A stretch of 32,000 nucleotides of DNA from Pyrodictium occultum. GTDB lineage: Archaea > Thermoproteota > Thermoprotei_A > Sulfolobales > Pyrodictiaceae. The first letter of the stretch is position 1. Every line of letters begins with the position of its first letter. The notes beneath the pieces are model-generated. The model made no database searches. It worked only from the letters and a program-made list of their open reading frames with translations, and had not been told where the DNA came from. The translations under genes and the position numbers were made by a program. Of this stretch, positions 8,668 to 15,885 are shown in pieces. Location of the stretch: contig NZ_LNTB01000001.1 of assembly GCF_001462395.1 (NCBI RefSeq), positions 1,290,001 to 1,322,000 on the forward strand, read 5' to 3'.

Positions 8668-9852
8668 GTGCCCGCTTTGCGGGCGGTAACTAGCATTACG
8701 GGGGCCGCCTTCCTCACGCCCGGGGGCAGCTGGTTGCCCGGGCTCAGGGGCTTCCTGGAGGACTACGCCGCCGCCGTCTACCGAGAGGCCGCCGGGTTCC
8801 TAGAGGCGAGGCGCAGGCTCCTGGCGACCGTAGAGGGTAGGGATCTCTCCGAGCTAGTCGACCTCGGCCCTGCAGCGGAGATGCTGCTCGGCGGGTTCCA
8901 GGCATCCATCCACAGGGAGCAGAGGTACCCCCCGCGGAGCCTCGCCCGCTTCTACCGCGACGTGGTAGGCGTGTACGTCGCGCAGCCCGAGAGGCTAGCC
9001 GCCCGGCTGCGCGACGGCCTCCCCCTCCGGCTGGCCGGCTGGGGGATCCGGGTAGCCTCCTCCAAGACCAAGCCCCTCGCGGCGATCGAGGCGGTCGCCG
9101 ACGCTGCCCGGGCGCTGCTCGAGAGCCTGGGAGCCACGCCCCCGGAGCCGGGCCAGCTCGACACCGGGGACCCCATGTGGGCCCCCGAGGCGCTGCACCG
9201 CCTCCTCACAGCCCTGATCCGCGGCATGCCGCCCTACAGCCGCGAGGCCCTGGTCCTCTACAGCGCCTCCGCCACGGTGACGGGGGCGCTGCTCGAGAGC
9301 CTCGGCGCCGGGGGGCTGGAGGACCTCGGCCTCGAGGAGCACGCGGAGCTCCCCGGGCCCCAGGGGGACCCTCGTAGGAGGCTGCTCCGCGCCCGGGAGA
9401 GCTCCCCCCTCCACCGCTACCGCTGCCTAGTCTACGCGGGCGCGAGGCTCCTCGGGCTCCGGGAGCTGGAGCCCTTCTACACCCTCCCCAGCCCCATAAG
9501 CGACCTAGTGGACGCTGCGCTCCAGAGCCTGGAGGCCTGCCCCGCGGAGCGCCGGGAGCTGCTCCAGGTCCTCGCCGGCCGCGCCGCCCGGAGGCTCAAC
9601 TGCCTCCCCAGGCTGGGCTGCCCCGTGGAGCCCCCCTGCCTCCCCGCCGGCCTACACTGGCTCGAGGCCACGGCCGCGCTGGACGGCGATGTCCTGCGCC
9701 TGGACGGCCTCGAGGCCGGTGTGGGCGAGACTATGGACGCTCTGGCGCCCCTCATGGCTCACGGTCTGGCCCTTGTCGAGGTGGAGGAGGCTGATGGCGA
9801 GAAGAGGCTCCGGCTGGGGCTGCTGCAGCCCCAGCGCCCCCTGCCCCGCTAG
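8668..9852 (+). CDS. Hypothetical protein (394 aa, Ala/Leu/Arg-rich, no recognised domain)
   Basis: It is the only long ORF in this span with protein-like composition. GTG start. The opposite-strand ORFs are Arg/Gly/Pro-rich shadows. Confidence 0.55.
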   Translation: MPALRAVTSITGAAFLTPGGSWLPGLRGFLEDYAAAVYREAAGFLEARRRLLATVEGRDLSELVDLGPAAEMLLGGFQASIHREQRYPPRSLARFYRDVVGVYVAQPERLAARLRDGLPLRLAGWGIRVASSKTKPLAAIEAVADAARALLESLGATPPEPGQLDTGDPMWAPEALHRLLTALIRGMPPYSREALVLYSASATVTGALLESLGAGGLEDLGLEEHAELPGPQGDPRRRLLRARESSPLHRYRCLVYAGARLLGLRELEPFYTLPSPISDLVDAALQSLEACPAERRELLQVLAGRAARRLNCLPRLGCPVEPPCLPAGLHWLEATAALDGDVLRLDGLEAGVGETMDALAPLMAHGLALVEVEEADGEKRLRLGLLQPQRPLPR

Positions 9853-10027
9853 GCTTTACGCGTTACGCGCCCACCCCAGGACCACTAGGAATATAGCAGA
9901 CGGGACACCGGATAGGAGAGGAGCGGGTGGGAGCCCGGAGGACTCTCCCCTCCAGACCCCCGGGTCCTCCGCGCGCCCTCGTCGACACCCCACTATTTTG
10001 ACGCAGGCCGCCGCTCCCAGGGCCCTC

Positions 10028-11671
10028 TTAAGGCTTTCCCCGCCTCTCCTGCCTCACCCCTATCCCAGGTATCCTGTTAACCATGTGGACAAGGTCGAGG
10101 CCCCTTACCTCCGAGTAGCCTGGCCCGGGCTCGCCGCCCAGGAGCCTCCCGAAGCCCTCCCGCAGCGCGTCGTCAACGCTCTCCGCCACCTCCTTCATCA
10201 GCTTGCCCCTGAACATGTCCAGCCTCCCGGCGAGCGCTACTAGGAGGTGGAGCTGCCCCTCCTCCACCAGCTGCTCGTTGGACTCGAGGTCCAGGGGCTC
10301 CTCGAGCCCCCGGGCTACGAGCCAGGAGCCCCGCAGCCTCGGCTTCTCCAGCCTCGGCGTCTCGGCCAGCAGCCTCCTGGCCGGGGGCCTGTAGGCGGCG
10401 TAGCTTCTCCTCCCTACGGCTAGCCTCCTGGCCTCGCTGGTCGCGTCGCGGGCCCGGTAGTCCTCCATGACTATTACCGTGTCGGCGGAGGCTATGAGGG
10501 GGAGGGAGCCGCTGGAGACTATCACCAGGGAGACCCCCTTCTCGGCCATGGAGGCGGCCTGCTCGGCTATCGTGGTGACCGTCTTCCTCCGTATCAGGGG
10601 CTCGGCGCGCTCGTCGTAGAAGAGCAGGTTCGTCGCCGAGGTGTCCTCGTCTACGAGTATGAGCCTGGCCCCCGCCTCCACAGCCTCCTGCACCGCGGCC
10701 GCCATGCTTGTAGCCCCGCTCGCGTCCCGAGTGGTGAAGCAGCCCGTGTCCCTGCCGCCGGGGAGGCTGTGGATGAAGCTCGATATGTCCACGCACTCCA
10801 CGCTCCTCCCGTCCTCCGCTCGGACCTTGACGGCCTCCCTTATCGTCACAACCCTCTCCCTGCCGTCGCCGGGCACGTGGTTGTAGATGCCGCTCTGTAT
10901 AGCCTCCAGCAGCGTCGTCTTCCCGTGGAAGGCCGTCCCCGCTATCACCGTGACACCCCTGCGGACGCCCATACCCGTCACCGGCCCCAGGCTGGTCTCG
11001 ATCTCCACCCGGAGGCTCGGCGGCGACTCGAAGGGCACAGCGCCGGGGAGTGGGTCCTCGCAGCCCCCGCAGCGCCTGGGCAGGATGCTCCCATCCCCCA
11101 CGAAGGAGACGAGCCCCATGCCGGGGAGCCTGGAGCGTATCTCCTCCTGCAGTCTCCACGCCTCCACGTGGCGTCTCAGCCCCTCCATGTCCACCCTCAG
11201 CGCCTCCTCTACGGCGCGGGGCAGCCTCTCCAGGAGAAGCTCCTCGGCCGCGTCGCCGAGGACCCGGCGCCTCCTGCTGGGCAGCCCCGCCCAGACGCGG
11301 AGGACCAGCCCATCCCTCCCCAGCTCAGCGCCGCTCCTCCGCAGCATCACCGGCCCGGGCCGAGGCACCGCGAGGAGCCCACTGTGGCCCTCGCCGAGCC
11401 TCGCTGAGTAGCGGCGGAGCGCCTGGTGGAGCCTCCGGTAGATGTAGTCAGCGGCCGCCACCGGGTGCTCGAGCGCCCACCGGGGCAGCCCCGGCCTGGC
11501 CTCTATCCTCACAACGCTCGGCGGCGCGAAGGGGTCCCCCTGCACCCTCACGACGCGGATGAGGAGGCCCCGGACCCTCTCCTCGGCGCCCCTGAGCTCC
11601 CTATACGCCTTGTAGCCCCGCCCGTCTATCACGCGGAGCACGCGGCTGATGCTAGCGCCCCTGGCAGCCAA
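10028..11671 (-). CDS. Predicted ABC-class ATPase (COG3044 / ABC_ATPase family, function unknown)
   Basis: N-terminal VIDGRGYKAYRELRG...VQGDPFAPPS and Walker-A-like GVTVIAGTAFHGKTTLLEAIQSGIYNHVPGDGRE match my memory of this family. LILVDEDTSATN looks like a Walker-B region. Confidence 0.85.
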   Translation of the reverse strand: MAARGASISRVLRVIDGRGYKAYRELRGAEERVRGLLIRVVRVQGDPFAPPSVVRIEARPGLPRWALEHPVAAADYIYRRLHQALRRYSARLGEGHSGLLAVPRPGPVMLRRSGAELGRDGLVLRVWAGLPSRRRRVLGDAAEELLLERLPRAVEEALRVDMEGLRRHVEAWRLQEEIRSRLPGMGLVSFVGDGSILPRRCGGCEDPLPGAVPFESPPSLRVEIETSLGPVTGMGVRRGVTVIAGTAFHGKTTLLEAIQSGIYNHVPGDGRERVVTIREAVKVRAEDGRSVECVDISSFIHSLPGGRDTGCFTTRDASGATSMAAAVQEAVEAGARLILVDEDTSATNLLFYDERAEPLIRRKTVTTIAEQAASMAEKGVSLVIVSSGSLPLIASADTVIVMEDYRARDATSEARRLAVGRRSYAAYRPPARRLLAETPRLEKPRLRGSWLVARGLEEPLDLESNEQLVEEGQLHLLVALAGRLDMFRGKLMKEVAESVDDALREGFGRLLGGEPGPGYSEVRGLDLVHMVNRIPGIGVRQERRGKP

Positions 11672-11806
11672 TGCTCACCCACGCCGGGGCCCCGAGGCCC
11701 CCCGGGCGGCTAAGGCTCCATCTCCCCCAGGGCCCCGGGGGCCCGCCGGCTGCGCGGCAAAGCCTCATAGCGGGTCTACGCGCCCGCAGCACCCCGGAGG
11801 CGCCGC

Positions 11807-11839
11807 GGGGGTGCCAGGCAGGGGGAGAGGGGGGAGGGG
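11807..11839 (+). other. G-quadruplex-type G-run tract in a divergent intergenic region
   Basis: The tract reads GGGGG-tgccaggca-GGGGG-aga-GGGGGG-a-GGGG, lying between the ATPase start (11671, minus) and the 11904 ORF. Confidence 0.4.
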
Positions 11840-11903
11840 AGGCCGCCGGGGCCCCGGCGCGAGCAGCGAGTTTCTCAGCCAGGCTAGCGAGCAGGTCCAG
11901 CCG

Positions 11904-12413
11904 GTGCACGGCCAGGGCTTCTTCTACGTGGGCTACCGCTACATAGCCTACTACCTCGTCTTCGACTACATAGACCCCCTCGGCTACTACGACGCCGTGC
12001 TGAGGGACGAGAGGCTCTACGAGGAGGAGACCACCAAGCTCTACTACAACATGCAGGAGCTGGTGGACCAGGAGGAGGTCGTGGTCAACGGGGAGAGGGT
12101 GAGGCCGAGGGTGGAGATGGTTGATATAGGGTTCCGGGGGAGCAGGAGCAGGGTCTTCATAGTCTTCGCCCTCCGGTTCCGGGCCCCGCTCCGGAGGGGC
12201 CGGAACGTCTACGAGAACAGGTACGAGCCCGAGGAGATAGAGTACAGCTACGAGGCCTACTGGGTCTTCCCGCCGGGCTCCAGGGTGCTCTCGGTCGACA
12301 TGGGCCCGGGGAGCGAGGACTGGGACATTGTCGGGGAGAGCACGCTGGCGATCTACGGCCGGCGCGGCGGCCGCACCGGGGGCTATGAGAGGATAGAGTT
12401 CCAGCTCCCCTAG
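11904..12413 (+). CDS. Hypothetical protein (about 170 aa, Tyr/Glu-rich)
   Basis: From GTG 11904 the translation is protein-like (GFFYVGYRYIAYYLVFDYIDPLGYYD...YERIEFQLP). The upstream part of the track ORF (11649-11903) is a Pro/Gly/Arg shadow that overlaps the ATPase start. Confidence 0.55.
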   Translation: MHGQGFFYVGYRYIAYYLVFDYIDPLGYYDAVLRDERLYEEETTKLYYNMQELVDQEEVVVNGERVRPRVEMVDIGFRGSRSRVFIVFALRFRAPLRRGRNVYENRYEPEEIEYSYEAYWVFPPGSRVLSVDMGPGSEDWDIVGESTLAIYGRRGGRTGGYERIEFQLP

Positions 12414-13258
12414 CCCCCGGCCTCCACGTAGACCCTAACCTCCCTCGGCACCAGCCTGCCCGCTCTCCGGAGCGCCTCGGCCCCGAGGAGGGCCCCACCG
12501 CCGTCATCCATGTAGTATGCCTCGAGCCTCCCGGCGCCCGGGTCGGCGTAGACGTAGAGGGTGCCCCCACCGCCCCTGCACACCACGGCGACCCTCGTGT
12601 GGAGGGCCAGCGCGTCGTCAACGATATCCATGCAGGGCTTATCCCCCGCCCTTACCTCCACCGCCCTCCCCCTGGAGGAGAGCGCTGCAAGAGCGAGGAC
12701 ATTGAACGTGTCCGAGAGCCTCAGCCCCCTTACACGCAGCATCTCCATGAGCTCCTCTAGGTCCTCCTCCCCCGCAGCCTCCACGGCCTCCCCGGGGCCT
12801 GCCGCGGGCCCCGCCTCCTGCTCCGCCGGCCGCGCGGCGGCCTCCCCGGGGGCGGGCTGGGGGCCGCCGGCCCCCTCTCCACGCCCGACCCCCGCGAGAA
12901 CGGCCCGGAGCCTCTCCAGGCCCCCGGGCACGACGGCCTCCGGCCTCTCCTCGGCATCCACTGCCACCTGGTGCTCGGTCAGCTCTATAATCTCCACCAC
13001 GCCCCGCCTATCATCCGCGCGCCTGGCCAGGAGCTCTAGGCACTCCTCTCCAGCGGCCACGGCGCCGCCCGGGGCGGCGGCTATGCACGCCAGCAGGCTA
13101 GGCGAGGCCTCCAGGTAGACCTGGAGCCCCTCTGGCGTGTAGTAGACGAGCCTCAGCCCCTCTTTCCCGAGCCCGCCGAGGGCCTCCGCGATGGCTTCCC
13201 TCAGCGTGCTGGGCCCGAGCTGTATGAATCCCCTGGTCCTCCCTCTCGAGACGAACAT
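12410..13258 (-). CDS. Hypothetical two-domain protein with Ala/Pro/Glu/Gly-rich linker; C-terminal PATAN/DUF4388-like module (by eye)
   Basis: 282 aa with an ATG start. The linker is GEGAGGPQPAPGEAAARPAEQEAGPAAGPGEAVEAAGEE. The C-terminus, VVCRGGGGTLYVYADPGAGRLEAYYMDDGGGALLGAEALRRAGRL, resembles the DUF4388 core. Confidence 0.65.
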   Translation of the reverse strand: MFVSRGRTRGFIQLGPSTLREAIAEALGGLGKEGLRLVYYTPEGLQVYLEASPSLLACIAAAPGGAVAAGEECLELLARRADDRRGVVEIIELTEHQVAVDAEERPEAVVPGGLERLRAVLAGVGRGEGAGGPQPAPGEAAARPAEQEAGPAAGPGEAVEAAGEEDLEELMEMLRVRGLRLSDTFNVLALAALSSRGRAVEVRAGDKPCMDIVDDALALHTRVAVVCRGGGGTLYVYADPGAGRLEAYYMDDGGGALLGAEALRRAGRLVPREVRVYVEAGG

Positions 13259-13426
13259 AGCCGAGGAGCCTCGGTGAGGTCCCGCCTACTCCTAAGCGTG
13301 ACTATACGAGGGGCTACGCCTAGCCCCGAGGAGGGCGGCCACGTGGCGCGCTAATATAGGCTCGCCGTGGGGGCTCGAGGAGCATCCCCAAGACGGCCCT
13401 CCTCGGGGCAGCCGGGGCGGCTACGG

Positions 13427-13864
13427 CTAGTGCACCACCTCGACGCCCAGGATCTCGCTCACCCTGCCAGAGCGCTCTATGATGGCCGTGTCGAAGGTAG
13501 CTATGGAGAGGCAGCCGAGCGACAGCGCGGCCAGGAGGTGGAGCAGGCTGCCAAGCCTAAGCCGGATGAGCCCCCCGTAGAGCTGGGCCTCCCGCACAAT
13601 TCTGTTGTAGTCCGGGTCCCTTACCTCGGCCCCCGCGCGGCGTATAGCGTAGTCTGCTAGCGCGTAAACCCCCTCAAGGCCCAGGCCGGGCCTCCTGGAG
13701 GCGATTAGCGCGACAAGCTCCGCCCGGGCCAGGTGGGAGGATACGAGGGCCCTGCCACCCCTCCGGAACTCCTCAAGCAGCTCCAGGGCGCGCTCGCGGA
13801 AAGCACCGTGCTCCTGGGCTAAGGCGAGCAGGAAGGTTGTGTCAAGGTAGATGCAGTCCCTCAA
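13427..13864 (-). CDS. vapC: PIN-domain ribonuclease (VapC-like toxin)
   Basis: IYLDTTFLLAL (first Asp), SSHLARAELV (Glu), ATFDTAIIE (distal Asp). 145 aa. A small upstream ORF sits 9 nt away. Confidence 0.8.
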   Translation of the reverse strand: MRDCIYLDTTFLLALAQEHGAFRERALELLEEFRRGGRALVSSHLARAELVALIASRRPGLGLEGVYALADYAIRRAGAEVRDPDYNRIVREAQLYGGLIRLRLGSLLHLLAALSLGCLSIATFDTAIIERSGRVSEILGVEVVH

Positions 13865-13873
13865 GTGGGGTAG

Positions 13874-14122
13874 TCACCCTCTCTCCCGCTCAGCGGCAGC
13901 CTCCAGGGGCTTGGGGGGCTCGACCGGGGGCCCGCCCTCCCTCATGTAGCGCTCCACGAGCCTCCTCGACTCCTCGAGCGCCCTGACAACGTCTACCAGG
14001 TGGACGGCGCCTGAGACCGCTATAATCCTCTCCGCGTGCTCCCGGCTACCCGCTACCCCGTGCTCGACGAGCCTGAGCGCAAGCCTCCGTATAAGCCGTT
14101 GAAGCCCATCGCCGCCGGCCAT
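13874..14122 (-). CDS. Putative cognate antitoxin (VapB position), fold not recognised
   Basis: An 82-aa ORF immediately upstream of the PIN gene on the same strand. I see no clear RHH or AbrB motif. Confidence 0.5.
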   Translation of the reverse strand: MAGGDGLQRLIRRLALRLVEHGVAGSREHAERIIAVSGAVHLVDVVRALEESRRLVERYMREGGPPVEPPKPLEAAAERERG

Positions 14123-14148
14123 GCAGCCAGGCCCCCCGGGCTGCTCCG

Positions 14149-15003
14149 CTAGCTGAGCAGCAGCGCGAACACCGTGGCCAGGGGGACTATCCCGGCCAGG
14201 GCGGCTGCCGTCATGTCGGCGCCCAGCAGGTAGGCTGACGCGAAGTAGATGACTGCTACCGAGGAGCCTATAATCACCTTGAGCATGGTCTTAAGCCTTC
14301 TCAGAGAGTTGGGGCCAGCGGTGATGGGGGCTGCCGCGGCCCTCTCAGCCTCTGCGGGGGCTGCAGCCTCTTCGGCCACCTTCTCCCCTACAGAGGGCTC
14401 CGCAGCGGCTTTCACAGCCTCCACCCGTGACACCGAGAGGCTGAGCATGGTGCCGCAGTTGGGGCAGGGCTTCCTGTTGAGCACGTGGCCGCAGAAGGGG
14501 CAGACGGGCTGTGTAAAGGGTGTAGTGTGCCCGCAGCTAGGGCACGTGGCTGTGTAGACGTCGAGCACTACCCCGCAGGAGGGGCACCGGAGGGGTTTGC
14601 CCTCCACAAGCCTGCGGACCGGGTCGAGGAGGGAGGACACCCCCGGGTACTCGCCGAGCGCTATGAACGTGAAGCCCCCTCCCACGTCCGCCACGAGGAC
14701 AGCTCTGCCCTTGTACTCGCCGAGCGCTACCCTCGCTGCTATCTCGCCCCCGGGGATACGCTGGCGGAACGCCTGGAGGTAGGCCGAGGCAATAGCCGCC
14801 AGCTCGTCCGCAGCCGCCTCGTAGTCCGGGTTCCTAGCGTTGACGGCGTAGGTGAAGCCCTCGTACGCGGCCACAGTGACATCTATGCCGTCGACGGAGG
14901 AGGCCAACGCTATAAGCCTTGTGAGAACCTCCTCCGGCGACTCCGCTTTGGCCCTCTCCTGCGCTGGCACGGACAAGGAGCCCGGCTCCCTAGCTTGGTG
15001 CAC
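14149..15003 (-). CDS. Roadblock/LC7-like domain + double zinc ribbon + C-terminal membrane anchor
   Basis: Roadblock-like segment: EEVLTRLIALASSVDGIDVTVAAYEGFTYAV...GRAVLVADVGGGFTFIALGE. Zinc ribbons: CPSCG...CPSCG and CPFCG...CPNCG. The C-terminus is hydrophobic (LKVIIGSSVAVIYFASAYLL...IVPLATVFALLL). The start is uncertain (GTG 15003 or downstream GTG 14970). Confidence 0.75.
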   Translation of the reverse strand: MHQAREPGSLSVPAQERAKAESPEEVLTRLIALASSVDGIDVTVAAYEGFTYAVNARNPDYEAAADELAAIASAYLQAFRQRIPGGEIAARVALGEYKGRAVLVADVGGGFTFIALGEYPGVSSLLDPVRRLVEGKPLRCPSCGVVLDVYTATCPSCGHTTPFTQPVCPFCGHVLNRKPCPNCGTMLSLSVSRVEAVKAAAEPSVGEKVAEEAAAPAEAERAAAAPITAGPNSLRRLKTMLKVIIGSSVAVIYFASAYLLGADMTAAALAGIVPLATVFALLLS

Positions 15004-15013
15004 ATGCCTTGGC

Positions 15014-15023
15014 TTTTTAAATT
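15014..15023. promoter_or_regulatory. AT-rich TATA-like element in a divergent intergenic region
   Basis: TTTTTAAATT lies between the minus-strand Roadblock gene and the plus-strand secreted-protein gene. A second element, TAAAATA, lies at 15107-15113. Confidence 0.4.
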
Positions 15024-15218
15024 GCTTAGCCCCGGCAATGGGCTAGTCCCACGCCTCCACAGCCAGAACCATGGTAGCCCCGTCAATTCAGCCACACAGT
15101 TAATCGTAAAATACATGTTGCCGTGGGCCGCCGCTTAGAAACGCGGCTGCAGCGCCGCCAGAGGGGTGGCCCCGAGATGCCCCAGAGACCGCTTACAGCC
15201 GGGAACGGCGGCTCAGGA

Positions 15219-15731
15219 ATGCGGCTCCGGCCCTTCGCCGTCCTGGCCGCGCTGGCTGCCCTGGCCTCTCTGGCGGCGCTTGCAAGCATGCTCTCCCCCG
15301 ACAAGCCCGGGCCCAGCGTGCTGCTGACAACAGTCGTCCAGCCCTCGGGAGGGGTGCTAGTAGACGTCCGGCCCAGCGTCCGCCTCCCGGGCGCAGCCCA
15401 GAGCGCCAGGGTGGATAGGTGGCTCACGCTCCTCTGCCGGAACAGCAGCACGGGCACAGTGGGCCTACGGGTGCAGCTCGCCGACAGGGACGTCGTGGAG
15501 GCCAGGCTTGACGGGCTTAGCATCGTCCTTAAGGGGCCCCGGGGAGAGAGGCTTGGCGTGCTAGACGCCCTTCACCCGGCCCTGGATGTAAACATCTCCT
15601 GCGGCCCGGGCGGCCTAGCCTGGGTGGACGCCCTCGTGGAGTACAGGCTCCGGGGTAGCCCGGGCGACGGGGGCGAGGTGCCGGTGGTACTGGCTGTTAG
15701 CGTGTACAAGGCCCGGGAGCCCGGGGAGTAG
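15219..15731 (+). CDS. Secreted/anchored hypothetical protein, distant paralog of the CanA/TasA-like proteins at 22947 and 26060
   Basis: Signal-like N-terminus MRLRPFAVLAALAALASLAALASMLSP. The block order (GLRVQLADRDVVEARLDGLSIVL...LDALHPALDV...VEYRLRG...VPVVLAVSV) parallels KIRATLANAEQLKKYFDYLEITI...LEKPSAVIVLD...YYEVKEG...MPVIFNFQV. Alternative starts are 15123 and 15177. Confidence 0.65.
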   Translation: MRLRPFAVLAALAALASLAALASMLSPDKPGPSVLLTTVVQPSGGVLVDVRPSVRLPGAAQSARVDRWLTLLCRNSSTGTVGLRVQLADRDVVEARLDGLSIVLKGPRGERLGVLDALHPALDVNISCGPGGLAWVDALVEYRLRGSPGDGGEVPVVLAVSVYKAREPGE

Positions 15732-15794
15732 GCGGCCCAGGCGCGCCGGCGCTCCCGCAGGCCTCGCTAGCCCCATACCGGATGATTAACAAGG

Positions 15795-15803
15795 TTAATA
15801 AGG
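15795..15803 (+). promoter_or_regulatory. TATA-box-like element upstream of the 15886 gene
   Basis: TTAATAAGG sits within the AT-rich patch gatgattaacaaggttaataagg. Confidence 0.4.
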
Positions 15804-15885
15804 AGAATGCGCGGGGACGCGTGGGGGAAGGTCCCAGCAGGCCCGCTGCAGGGGCCGCTAAAGCCCTGGGGAGCGTTGACGGGCC

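Noticed and set aside
10173-11159. 328-aa minus-strand ORF, together with 212-, 174- and 170-aa plus-strand ORFs, overlapping the ABC-class ATPase gene
   Set aside because: These are out-of-frame or antisense shadows. Their translations are dominated by Arg/Gly/Pro/His/Ala runs, with no motifs. The ATPase frame has clear family motifs.
11649-11903. N-terminal 85-aa extension of the 11649-12413 track ORF
   Set aside because: The extension is a Pro/Gly/Arg/Ala string that overlaps the start of the divergent ATPase gene. Protein-like sequence begins only near GTG 11904.
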